DNA of 64,000 nucleotides, from assembly GCF_009914755.1 (NCBI RefSeq), contig NC_060925.1; one strand, written 5' to 3'. Shown here one piece after another: positions 29,785-44,659 of this stretch. The DNA is from the human T2T-CHM13v2.0 reference genome, Homo sapiens. The first letter of the stretch is position 1, and each line of letters opens with the position of its first letter. Under the pieces are notes generated by a model, which did no database searches, was not told where the DNA came from, and saw only the letters and a list, made by a program, of their open reading frames with translations. Position numbers and translations under genes: made by a program.

Positions 29785-30220
29785 ATCTATTCTCCCCTTC
29801 TGCCATACTAATAGAATATTTAGCTGAGTACATGATTACTCAAGTAAAAATTACATTTCCTAGCAGGCAACTGGATATAGCCCTATTATTATGTCCTGGC
29901 CAATGGGATGAGAGGAAAATGATGTGTCTAGTTTGAGGGTTATTCCCTGAAAGGGAGAACATTTTTATAAAGGGATACCTTCTTTTTCCCCTTTGTCTTT
30001 CCCATTGGCTGGAGTGTAACCCTGGTGGTTAACCATGTTGAACCATGTGTGTGACACTCAAAGGACAGTAGAGCAACAGACAGAAGGACTCTAGGCCCTG
30101 GATAACTTGGTGAAGCAGAACTTGGTGAAAAACTTTGTGAGAAAAAAAATTAATGTCTATCTGGTTTTAAGCCTCTATTATTTTTAAGTCTGTCACATTC
30201 AGTCAATCTATATCCAATCC
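29785..30220 (+). mobile_element. Old MaLR LTR (MLT1I/J-like)
   Basis: TCCTGGCCAATGGGATGAGAGGAAAATGATGTG...GAGCAACAGACAGAAGGA...GTGAGAAAAAAAATTAA. Confidence 0.6.
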
Positions 30221-30317
30221 ATGGCCTCGGTTCAAATATCATTTCTTCACCAAGCCTTCCCTGGCTACCCCTTTTAAAGTAGCTCCATCCTCACATGTAC
30301 TATGTCACTCTCTAGCA

Positions 30318-30842
30318 CAGGGGTCCCCAACCCATGGGCCATAAACCAGTACCAGTCTGTGGCCTGTTAAGAACCAGTCTGCACAGCAGGTGGTGAGCAG
30401 TGGGAGAGTGAGCAAAGCTTCATCTGTATTTATAGCCGCTCCCCATTACTCACATTATCACCTGAGCTCTGCCTCCCATCAGATCAGTGGCAGAATCAGA
30501 TTCTCATAGGAGTGCGAACTCTGTTGTGAACTGTGCACGCAAGGAATCTAGGTTGCATGCTCCTTATAAAAATCTAATGCTTGATGATCTGTCACTGTCT
30601 CCTGTCACCTCCAGATGGGACCATCCACTTGTGGAAAAACAAGCTCAGGGCTTCCACTGATTCTACATTATGGTGAGTTGTATAATTATTTCATTACATA
30701 TTACAACATACTAATAGAAATAAAGTGAACAATAAATGTAATGCACTTGAATCATCCCAAAACCATCTCCCCGACTCCGGTCTGTGGAAATACTGTCTTC
30801 CTCAAAACTGGTCTCTGGTGCCAAAAAGGTTGGGGATCACTG
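30318..30842 (+). mobile_element. MER1A (hAT-Charlie), full length
   Basis: Termini CAGGGGTCCCCAACC...GGTTGGGGATCACTG with a perfect 8-bp TSD CTCTAGCA (30310-30317 and 30843-30850); inserted in an L2. Confidence 0.93.
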
Positions 30843-31484
30843 CTCTAGCACATAAGTCTATTTTATTTCCTTCACTGAATTTATCCTCACTTGAAAATAT
30901 TGTGTTTATTTGTTTGCTTCTTTGTTTACTGTCTCTCGCCACTAAAAAATGAATTTTATGGAGAAACTTTGTCTGCCTCGATAACTGCTGTATCCCCATT
31001 GCCATTATATACTAGAACAGTATCTAGTATATAATAAGTACTCAATAATTATTTGCTGAATAAATGAAAGAATGAATCAACAGAAAAAAAAAATAATTTG
31101 TGTCCACTAGACTATAAGCTGTAAGAAGGTAGGGACAATGTCTGTTTATCTATTGTTAGGTCAACAGAAACTAGCAATTGCCCAATACACTTTGGTAAAA
31201 TGAATGAAGTGATAAACAAATGAATAAGAGTGAGTACATTTCAGAGGGCTTTTCTAAAATAAAAGTCAATAATAAAGGTTCAATCATAAGTATTGTTTTA
31301 TTTTTAAGGTCACTTTAGCTTCCTGGGAAAGTCATTTGTTCATTAGGGAATAAGAAAAATAGCAATACTCCTATACATACTAAACATAAAATGTTCAAAG
31401 AAAGAAACTTAACTTTCACAAAAAGCCTAATGTGATTAATTTAAAATATAAGTACCAATAACATTAGCTGATATTTATTAAGGA

Positions 31485-32665
<1,181 letters not shown>

Positions 32666-32759
32666 TTATTAAGGACTTATTATATTCCAGGCCCTGTGCT
32701 AAATGGTTCCCATCTATTATCTCATTTAATCTTCATAACAATGCTACAAATAGGTAATA

Positions 32760-33078
32760 GACATCCATGACCTCTTATCTGAACCACTTGGAAGCCAGAT
32801 ATATTTTGGTATTCAAACTCTTCAGAAAATTAATAGAGCACATATACTATACGTAACACCTCTAGCAGGATCTGGGGCAATGCCCCATAGTCAAATACAT
32901 TAATATTTTTACAGAGAAGCATATTCACCAGTGGGTACATAAAGACTATAAATAACCTCATATCCATTTAAGTTAGATTTATGAGTTCAGACCAGGGCAG
33001 GTTTTTCCTGACAAATAAGTTACAAAAACTTTTGGTTTTCAGAGATTTTGGATTTTAGAATTGCATATAATAAATTGA
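32760..33078. mobile_element. Old TcMar-Tigger-type non-autonomous DNA transposon (family uncertain)
   Basis: Ends resemble each other in reverse: CCATGACCTCTTATCTGAA and TTTTGGATTTTAGAATTGCATATAATAAATTG. Confidence 0.45.
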
Positions 33079-35502
33079 GAGTTTGTTTGATAATTTCAGT
33101 TTAACAGTGAAGAAACTTAAGAGCTCGTCCAAGATTAGAGAGATATTAGGAAAGAATAGATTTAAACCCAGATAATCTGGTTGAAAATTTATCATGCTTA
33201 TCCGTTTTACTATAGTACTTGAAAATTCCATGTTACTTAGGTGTTCATTCTGAATCATGGGAGATGTTCAGTCTGAGGGGCTCAACTCTGCCCTGCAGAG
33301 GAAATGTACACATCAGGGTGCTGGATAAACTAGGTAGCCCTTAAAGTGTCTTCTCATCCCGAGACTCTATTATCCTTTGAAAACATATATCTTATGCTAA
33401 TTCTAGTTCACAGACCACATTTGTAAATGGCCTTTTGTGGTGGTTCATGAAACTGACACTTGTTTCATTCATTCACTTAATAAATAAGGTACTAAGCATT
33501 CACCCTATGCTAAGCAATGTAAAGCGATGTGAAGACTTGCTGTACATGGTCCATGATCTCATAGAGTCTGCAATCCAGGTGAAGAGATGTGACATAGAAA
33601 CAGAAAAAAATTAAATAACCTTGTAAACTGTACTGGTTACAAGCCAAAGTGAGAAAAACCGAAGGGATGAGGCAGACAGTAAATGTTCCCAGAGATGAGA
33701 GATACAGAAATCACTATGGGCTAATGGAATTAAGCAAAGTTTCATGGAGAAGAAGCAGCTGGCCCTTAATGAATGGGAAGGATTGACATGGATACAGAAA
33801 AGGGAGGTGGCATTTCAGGGACAGGCCGTGACCCACAACTTTGTATCACCTAGTAAAAGGTTGTATTTACAGTCAACATATGCACATGACTTGGGAGACA
33901 TTCATTTTAAATGAATGCACATAGGACAAATAGTAGGCACTCTCCAATGTGTCTTTCAGTTTGCACACATTATAAAGGATCCTCGCATAAGCAGTTTTAT
34001 AAACCTTGAGAAAGTTGCTTTGTCCATTTTCGAGCAGGTAGTATTCCAAGTGATTTTGCAGTGAAAGAATCAGCCTTAAAATCAATCAGGTACCTAAGAA
34101 ACAAAAGCTGCCTCTGGGACAGAATATTCAAGTGAACTCTAGGACAGCCTACCTTCTCCACTATTCAGCAACATATCTTGAAGCACTGAATTGATTTACA
34201 CTTCCAGTGTCCTTCAAGATTCCATAACTTTAGGGCATCTACATAAATATGTCTTATGACAAATACATACTACTGTATAAGTATAATATAACCGGTAACA
34301 TCATATGCATTTATAAATATGTTGATAAAGCTAATATTTATGCATGAAGAGAAAAGATACAGAAATTTTACTCTAAATTTAAAAGTGAATTGTCACTTTT
34401 CAGTATATTCTCTAAAACAAGCTTCCAAATCTCTGACATTATTTCTTTTTCAATGGAATGTCACTAAATTGAATTTAAGCCCAGAAGTTATTTCTTCTTG
34501 CCTACAAAAAAATGTATAAATAGAATGGCACATATTTTTAAAATTAATGTGATGTTGAGTTGCACCACTTGGGTACATACTAAAAGGACCAGCAGAACCA
34601 AGTGGCAATTACCAAGCTTCCCTTGGAATATCAGAAAGGTGATGACACTGCTTTCTCTGTCTGCTTTAGGAGAGCAAAAATAGGACATGGTTTCAAAGGA
34701 ACCCAGTACCTTTCTTGATGAATTCATGCCATTTCAAGTCATTCCTTTCATATTTTCCACTCCATGGACCAATAGTGATTGAATATCAGTAATGTGCACA
34801 AAGACAGATCACGTTCCCTTCCACCTTAAATTTCAGTCTGCATTCTTTTTGGAATCTTTCTTTTTCCATTCTCATTCATTCCCTGGGACACTCTGAAATG
34901 CTTCTTTTGGTCTTTTAAAAATAAATACTCACTACTGTGATTAATACACCAACGACAGAGAATAATCGTAGGGAAATATATATTTTAAAAATACATCTGC
35001 AGGAAAACATTTTAAATATTACTGAATAATTTTTGTTCTCAAGAAGTCCTTTATTCTTCTACCATTAAAATGAAAGCTTGGTGCTAAAGCTTATGTACTC
35101 AAGGGAAGGTAAAATCCAGACAACAGATTTTCTCTTTGTTTGAAAAACAAAAAAATGTTATTAAATTCCTGACAAAAATAATCTTAAAAGCCTACAAGTG
35201 CTTGGCTTTGTTTTGTTGCTAAGGTTGGGTGCTTGTTTTTTAAGAGAGAGAAAAGATTTTCTTTTAAAAGAGAGGAGGGTAAACTTCTCAGAACATAAAG
35301 TCTGTAGCTAAAAAAACAAAATTGGAAATAAGGCATTATGATAGAATATCCATGTTTGAAAGTTAGGCTGAAGAAAGATGTGAGAATGGAAATGAGAGGA
35401 ATGAAATTTGCCACTGATGTGAGTCTCAAAGAAGGAAGCCTGTGCTCTAGTTTCTCCAGGGCCAAGCCTGGGTGGAATGACAATAGAAATCTCAGAAAGA
35501 GG

Positions 35503-35798
35503 CAGCCAGGCACGGTGGCTCATGCCTGTAATCCCAGCACTTTGGGAGGCCAAGGCGAGTGGATCGCTTGTGGCCATGAGTTCAAGACCAGCCTGGCCAA
35601 TATGGCGAAACACCATCTCTACTAAAAATACAAAAATTAGCTGGGTGTGGTGGCAGGTGCCTGTAGTCCCAGCTACTGGGGAGGCTGAGGCATCAGAATT
35701 GCTGGAACCCAGGAGGCAGAGGTTGCAGTGAGTCGAGATTGCGCCACTGCACTCCAGCCCGGGTGACAGAGCAAGGCTGTCTCAAAAACAGAAAAAAA
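35503..35798 (+). mobile_element. Alu (AluS-like)
   Basis: Full dimer; TSD AGAAATCTCAGA. Confidence 0.92.
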
Positions 35799-36999
35799 GA
35801 AATCTCAGATAGGTTTGGGAGATTCCAAGAAGACATTTGTGCTTTGCTTCCTGGCTAAAGTCCAGAAATACAGCAAGATTCATAAAGAAAACCCCTGTAC
35901 CAGAAGTATCCTGAAGGATAAGGAGACACCTTGGCATAAGGCATGGACTATATGAACTGGAAGTCATGGTAGGAAAACAGACACTGAAGCAGATATGAGA
36001 GTGACTAATGATTAGTGGAGATTATAGACCAGATTTTTCCTTCTCCTGAGACCATGGCAAATTAAGTCCCAAGGAACTTAAATGCCACTGTAGGGAGAAA
36101 AAGAGGGAAGACTGGAATCCTAAATTGGGCTGAGTTTACTTGAAATAATCAGTAATTATATTGGCAAATAGAAAGAACAAGAAAAGAATTCCAAAAGCCC
36201 TCCCCACTGTAGACACCACCCTACCTGCATTCATATCCATACAATCTGCTTCCATCCAACTACTATGGAAAATGTCTATGATTCTATCTAAATTCTAGCT
36301 CTCCAGTTGTGCACTGGATCCTATCCTCTCTCATCTACTCAAGAGCTATGCTCCAGCAATTGTCTCTTCTCTCTCCTATACCATCAATTTTTCCTTCTTT
36401 TCTAGATTGTTCCCATCAGCAAATAAACATGCTATACTTACTTCCATCTTTAAAAAATAAAAAGCCGTTCCTTGATGAATAAGATATTTACACAGCACTA
36501 GAATATTGCCCCATAGTTTTTTTACTTAATTACAAAATGGAAAAGGTACTTTATAATGGAGAAATCTGGCAATCGCTATTTTAACTAAGAGATCATATTT
36601 AGCATCAATAACAGCGGACAACCAAATGTTACATGCCTCCTAATGGGATGTAATATAAAGTACACAACATAACTTAAAGGAATATTCTTGCCAAAAATGT
36701 TTAACCTGAATTTAATTAAACCCCTAGAGTTAATTTCCAGTTTATAGGCTGTTTAGATGAAAAAAAGTTAATACAATGAACAAATAATTAGAAACAGGAC
36801 AAATAATTAGAAACAAATAATTAGAAACAGTTGTTCATAGGACAACTAGCATAAATGCTTTACAAAATAAACATTAAGAAAAAAGTCACTAAGAAAAAAA
36901 GCCAGAGAACTTTTTTATATTAATAAATATTAATGAGGCATAGTAATATACAATGTGTAAACTTTGGTTTCTGGGTTTTAAAATATATAAAAGATTTTT

Positions 37000-37290
37000 G
37001 GGCCAGGTGCAGTGGCTCACACCTGTAATCCCAGCACTTTGGGAGACCAAGGCATGAGAATCGCTTGGGCCCAGCAGTTCAAGACCAGTCTCGGCAACAT
37101 AGGAAGACCCCATCTCTACAAAAAATTTTAAAAATTATCTGGGCATGATGGTGCACAGCTGTGGTTCCAGCTATTCAGGAGGCTGAAATGGAAGGATCAC
37201 TTGAGCCCAGGAGGTTGAGGCTGCAGTGAGCCATGATCATGCCACTACACTCCAACCTGGGTGACAGAGTGAGACCCCATCTCAAAAAAA
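37000..37290 (+). mobile_element. AluJ nested in an L1ME fragment (~36470-37625), itself within L2 (~36200-38130)
   Basis: GGATCACTTGAGCCCAGGAGGTTGAGGCTGCAGTGAGCCATGATC. Confidence 0.9.
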
Positions 37291-38129
37291 ATTTTTTTTT
37301 AGCTAATTGGGAGAAAGTGAATATGACTGGATATTAGGTGATATGGAATTATCATTAATTTTCTCAGATGTGATAGTGGTATTGTGGATATATAGAAGAA
37401 TGTCTTTATTCTTGTGATATGCAAATTGAAGTATTTATGGGTAAAGTGTCACAATATCTGTAACTTACTTTTAAAGCTCAGCAAACGACCTGAAGAGAAA
37501 GAGAGCAAGCAAATATGGCAAAACATTAAAAATTGTTAAATCCAGGTGAAGGATATATGGGTGTACATTATATTATTCTTTCCAATTTTCTGTAGGTTTG
37601 AAATTTTCCAAAGTAAAAAGATTTTTTCTAACGCCCCTGTTGACAGCATATCTCTCTCAAGGCAATTAATGCTTCATTTCTCTGCTCCATTGGGAAATTT
37701 TTTTTGAAAGACTTGTCTATGCTCTTTTACTTCCTCTCTTCCCATTCTCTTTTAAATCTACTTGAAATAGCCTAACTCCCTACCTCTCCACAAAAACAGA
37801 TTTTGGCAACGTCAGTGATGACCTTCATACAGTCAAATCCAATGATCAATTCTCAGTCCTCATCTTACTCAACCTATCAGCAGTGTTTGGCACACTTGAT
37901 TGGTCCTGCCTCTTGAAACACTTGCTTTACTTGACTCTAAGACAGCATGTTCTCTTGATTTTCCTCCTACTACAATGACAGCTCCTTCTATTGTCTTTTG
38001 CTGGACTATCTCATATACCTAAGCTCCAACACTGAGGTCTCCCAAAGTTCAGACCTGAGACCTCATCTCTATCTAGACTCCTTTTCTAGATAATCACATA
38101 CAGTCTCTGGACTTTAAATACCATCTACA

Positions 38130-38501
<372 letters not shown>

Positions 38502-39296
38502 TCAATAGCACTTACTTATTCAATAAACGATGCTTGGAAAACATCAATGCTTGGAAAACATATCCTTTCCTGTTGAATTATCTTTCCCATTAAATTCTTT
38601 TCAACAGGTTATTCACATGCAAAAGAATTAAGTTGGACTCCTACCTCACACCATATACAAAAATTAACTCAAAATGGATTATAGAAATAATTGTAAAAAC
38701 AAGCAATATAAAACTCTTAGACAAAAACATAAGCATGAATTTTATGACCTCAGTTTAGGCAGTAGGTTCCTAGATATAATGCCAAAAACACTAGTGACAA
38801 AAGAAAAAAAAGATAATTTTGGACTTCTTCAAAATGAAAAACTTTTGTTCTTTAATGGTTGCCATTAAGAAGAGACAACCTACAGAGATTATCCTGGGTA
38901 ACATAAAATAAAATAAAGACAACCCACAGAATGGGAAAAAATATTTATAAATTACATATGATAAAAGACTTGTAACCAATATATATAAGGGATTTGTATG
39001 ACTCAACCATAAAACTTCAATAACTCAATTTTAAAATGGGCAAAGAATTTGAATAGATTTTTTTTAAAATGAAAACAAATAGCCAACAGGCGCATTAAAA
39101 AGATGCTCAACATTCTTAGTTATTAGGGAAATGTCAATCAAAATCACAATGAAACACCACTTCACCACCACTAGGATGGCTATAATTAAAAAGACACATA
39201 ATAACAAGTATTGGTGAGGATATGGAGAAACTGGAACACTCATATATTGTTGGCGGAAATGCAAAATGGTGCAGCCACTTTAGAAAATAGGCTGGG

Positions 39297-40223
39297 GTCT
39301 ACAGAATGGGAGAAAATTTTTGCAATATATCCATCTGACAAAGGGCTAATATCCAGAATTTACAAATTTACAAGAAAAATCAAACAACTCAATCAAAAAA
39401 TGGGCAAAAGATATGAACAGACACTTCCCAAAAGAAGACATTTATGCAGCCAACAGACATATGAAAAAATGCTCATCATCACTGGTCATTAGAGAAATGC
39501 AAATCAAAACCACAATGAGACACCATCTCATGCCAGTTAGAATGGTGATCATTAAAAAGTCAGGAAACAACAGATGCTGGAGAGGATGTGGAGAAATAGG
39601 AATGCTTTTATACTATTGGTGGGAGTGTAAATTAGTTCAACCATTGTGGAAGATAGTGTGGCGATTCCTCAAGGATCTAGAACTGGAAATACTATTTGAC
39701 CCAGCAATCCCATTACTGGGCATATACCCAAAGGATTAGAAATGATACTATGATAAAGACACATGCACACGTATGTTTATTGTGGCACTAGTCACAATAG
39801 CAAAGATTTGGAACCAACCCAAATGTCCATCAATGATAGACTGGATTAGGACAATGTGGCACATATACACCATGGAATACTATGCAGCCATATAAAAGGA
39901 TGAGTTCGTGTCCTTTGCAGGGACATGGATGAAGCCGGAAACCATCATTCTCAGCAAATTATCAGAACACTGCATGTTCTCACTTGTAAGTGGGAGTTGA
40001 ACAATGAGAACACATGGACATAGGGAGGGGAACATCACACACTGGGGCCTGTCAGTGGGTGGGGGGTGGGTAGGGGAGGGATAATATTACAAGAAATACC
40101 TAATGTAAGTGACAGGTTGATGGGTGCAGCAAAGCACCAGGGCACGTGTATACCTGCGTAACAAAACTGCATGTTCTGCACATGTAACTCAGAACTTAAA
40201 TTATAATTTAAAAAAAAAAAGAA
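39297..40223 (+). mobile_element. 5'-truncated L1PA (PA7/8-like)
   Basis: ORF 39413-39739 is the L1 ORF2p C-terminus ([13 protein letters not shown]...[10 protein letters not shown]). 3' UTR plus poly(A); 15-bp TSD AGAAAATAGGCTGGG at 39282-39296 and 40224-40238. Confidence 0.95.
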
Positions 40224-40715
40224 AGAAAATAGGCTGGGTGTTCCTCAGAAGATTAAACATAGAGTTATTATATAAACCATTAATTCTATCACAAAGTATA
40301 TATTCAAGAGAAACACAAACATATGTTACACACAAAAATTTGAACAAAAATGTTTATAGCAACATTGTTCATAATGGCCAAAAAATAGAAACAACTTAAA
40401 TGTTCACCAACCAATGAAGAGATATAAAAATGTCCTATATATCCATATAATGTAATTGTATTTGGACATAAAGGAATGAAATTCTGATACATGTTGCAAC
40501 ATGGATGAACCTCAAAAACATTATTGCTAAGTGAAAGAAGGCAGACAGAAAAGACCATGCATTATTCCATTTATATGAAATGTCCAGAATAGGCAAATCC
40601 TTAGAGACAGAAAGTAGATGAGTGGTTGCCAGAGGCTGGAGGGAGGAGGTAATGGGGAATGACTGTTAATAGGTATGGGGTTTCATTATGAGGTGTTAAA
40701 ATGTTCTGGAATTTG

Positions 40716-40858
40716 GGCCAGGTGCAGTGGTTCACGCCTGTAATCCCAGCACTTTGGGAGGCTGAGACAGGAGAAGTGCTTGAGCCCAGGAGTTCGAGAC
40801 CAGCCTGGGCAACATAGTGAGACCCCCCATCTCTAAAAATAAAAATATATATAAGTAT
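40716..40858 (+). mobile_element. FLAM-type Alu monomer
   Basis: Monomer only; TSD AAAATGTTCTGGAATT. Confidence 0.9.
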
Positions 40859-40861
40859 TAA

Positions 40862-41203
<342 letters not shown>

Positions 41204-41308
41204 ACTCTGGTAATTTTAAAAATCACTATAAAACATAATATAAAATACACTGATTTTAAAAATCACCGACTTGTACACTTTAAAAGGATGTATTTTATAG
41301 TATGTTAA

Positions 41309-41577
41309 AGTCATGTGCCACATTATGACATTTCAGTCAATGAGAGACCACATAGGACATTGGTCCCATGAAATTACAATGGAGCTGAGAAATTCCTGTT
41401 GATGTCATAGTCCATATAATATCATAGTGCATCACATTACTCGTTTATCTGTGGCCATGCTGGTGTAAAGAAATCTGCTCTCCCATTTGTATAAAAGTAT
41501 AGCACATACAATTAAGTACAGTACATACTACTGGATAACAATAATAAACGACTATGTTATTGGTTTATGTATTTACA
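41309..41577 (+). mobile_element. MER47A (TcMar-Tigger) fragment
   Basis: AGTCATGTGCCACATTATGACATTTCAGTCAATG...GTATAAAAGTATAGCACATACAAT...GACTATGTTATTGGTTTATGTATTTAC. Confidence 0.8.
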
Positions 41578-41707
41578 AAGGGACACAAGAAAACTGTTGA
41601 GGATGATGAATATATTCATAATATTGGTAGTGATTGTAGTGATGGTTTCACAGGTATATATATATATGTGTCAAGATTTATTGGATTGTATTAATACACC
41701 TTAAATA

Positions 41708-42060
41708 GGCTGAGTACAGTGGCTCACACCTGTAATCCCAACATTTTAAGAGGCTGAGGTTGGCAGATCACTTGAGGCCAGGAGTTCGAGACCAGCCCAG
41801 CCAATACGGGGAAACCCCATCTCTACTAAAAATACAAAAATTGGCCGGGCATGGTGGTGCACACCTGTAATCCCAGCTACTTGGGAGGCTGAGGCACAAG
41901 AATCGCTTGAACCCAGGAGGCAGAGATTGCAGTGCTACTCAGGAGGCTGAGGCACAAGAATTGCTTGAACCCAGGAGGCAGAGATTGCAGTGAGCTGGGA
42001 TTGCACCACTGCACTCCAGTCTGGGCAACAGAGTGAGACTGTCTCAAACAAACAAACCAA
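41708..42060 (+). mobile_element. Alu (AluSz/Sx-like) with a 58-bp internal tandem duplication
   Basis: Dimer in which 41876-41933 is repeated at 41934-41991. Confidence 0.93.
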
Positions 42061-43066
42061 CAGACCCAAATTGTACACCTTAAATATATGCCACTTATTT
42101 TATGTCAATTTTACCTAAAGAAAACTGTAAATATTTCTATCTATTCCAAAGAACAAATCATTCTGATATTGATTTAATGGCCTCCCAATTACTTCAGCTA
42201 AATCACCTCTTCCCAGGCCAGTTCAGTCTTCACTCTGTCCCTAGGATTAACTTTTTAAAACATTTGGCATTCCCATAACTCCTTTTCTTAAAAACTTCCA
42301 TTGTTCCCCCACTGAATATAGTTCTAAAGGACACTTTTCTTAATATAATCTCATCCCACCTTCTAGGCTCATCTCTTTCTGGTACCCTTCAGGTTCTTTC
42401 ATACTCCTGCTACAATACATTTCTCACTTAATCTTTAGACATTCAGTTTCTTCTGTTTAAAATGCCTTTATCCTTCCATGACCTGCCCCAACTTCAAAGT
42501 CTGGAGAATTACTACCCAACTTTCAAGATTCTGTTCAAATAGTACATTCTATGTGAAGGCTTTTAAATTTCTTCCAGCCATTCTTTCTCTCCTCATTGTT
42601 CTCATGATTCTTGCACTTTCTTTTTTACCACTTTGCAGTGTAAAGTTTGTTTGTTTTTATATCTGTCCTCATCAAAAAAAATTGTGTCTCCTAGTACCCC
42701 CAGAGCTTAGTACAGTACCTGCCATACAGCAGCAATTCCATAATGCTAAATGAATAAATGAAAGCACATTCAGTGACGGCTATTAACAGTTTTAATATAT
42801 TCTATGATGTTTCAAAAAAAATTTTAATAATACAGCAATCAGCATTAATAGGGTATTTGGAGAATCTCTTAAAATAAGCACATAGTCTTTGCATATACCA
42901 AAAACCGTGTTTATAAAACTGGTAAAATAAAATGATTTTGTGCCATATTTAGGGCTTCCCCACAATCTAACTATCAGATGTTTTAAAAATTGCCAAAGAA
43001 ATTCTGAAGATCACCTAGTAACAAGAGCTGGAAAGAGAGATGTGGCTCATTCATCCTTGAGACTAA

Positions 43067-43175
43067 AGGGTATATTCTCATTTTGACGTTCAACGATTTA
43101 TATATTCAACTCCCATTAATGCTAATGGGAATTGTGCACATAAATTTTCACAAACTGAGATGAGAACACATCCCT
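43067..43175. repeat. Palindromic MITE-like element (family not assigned)
   Basis: Outer arms AGGGTATATTCTCAT / ATGAGAACACATCCCT and inner arms CAACTCCCATTA / TAATGGGAATTG. Confidence 0.65.
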
Positions 43176-44144
43176 AAACGTGCAAGCCAAGAATACATGC
43201 AGATGCTATAATTCCAAAGCCTAAGAAACTAAGCCCATAATTAAAATGTGTGGCTCTCTCAGTGGCAGCAGATTGAGTTGCTAACACACTTACAGGCCCA
43301 ATTCATCACAATATATCTATAGCCTTCCAGCCTCTAACAGTCCTGGAAGGCAACAGATGCCAGTGAACTGCAGACTGGCTTGTCTGGGAGAAAGGTCGGC
43401 TATGGAAACCTTGTTGGGAGAAAGGGAAAAGGCAGTAGGGTAGAAAGGTAGAAAACTCTCTGGGGAAGTAGAAAACTTGCCAAAGGTCCTTTTGTCTCCT
43501 GCTCTACCACCTTGGTCCTTTCACTTAACAGTTACATCTACTTAGAAGAGGGTTCATGAATCTAAAAACTTTGAATGAAAGCCAAATAATCTGCTCTGTA
43601 AGAGGCTATTTGGGAAGCTGATTTACCCACAATATTCCATAGAAATGCTATGCTTGAGAAAGTCAACTAGTATTTCTGAAAATCCGAATCTCCTCTAAAG
43701 GGAATATGAATACATGACTTGGCATAATATATGATCATAATCACTAGGTCTTTACAGACTCATTCCAATTTCAACAAGTTATTCCTGTCACATATTTACT
43801 TCCAAGTTTAATCCCACCAAAAGCAGAAAGATATTATATTGAATGTAGCCTGGTGAAAATCACATTGAATTTGGAATTCAAAGGTAAAGATTCAAGTTTC
43901 ACTGGACACAAAATCTCTCTGAGCCACAATTTTCTCTACTGGAAAATGAGAGGTGATAATCCTTGCCCTACTTATCTCTTAGGGTTATTAGAAATTTACA
44001 TGAAAGCATTTGAAAATACCAATATCAGCTCCTGTGCTCAATAATTTTTTTAAGAAATATATATATATAGTTACCCCCCAAAAAAATCTTTGAAAATGGC
44101 CTCTTTTACAGAAAAACAACCAAATCCCCAAGTCTTTTTCATAA

Positions 44145-44486
<342 letters not shown>

Positions 44487-44659
44487 TGATTAGGAGAGTC
44501 CTCTAAAGTCCTAAACACAACCACTTCCTTGCTGGGTGATATTGGGAAGTTACATAATCTCTGAGAGTCTATAAATCTGAAAATTCTGAGATTCTGGTAT
44601 TGTTTCCTCATGCCAAAAGTGAAGATAATATCTGTCTTGGTTTCCTCATTGGATTAGTA

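Noticed and set aside
36780-36830. Three copies of CAAATAATTAGAAAC as a CRISPR-like array
   Set aside because: No unique spacers and a eukaryotic L1 context; simple slippage duplication.
39413-39739. L1 ORF2p C-terminal ORF as an active element
   Set aside because: The copy is under 1 kb, 5'-truncated and has a premature stop.
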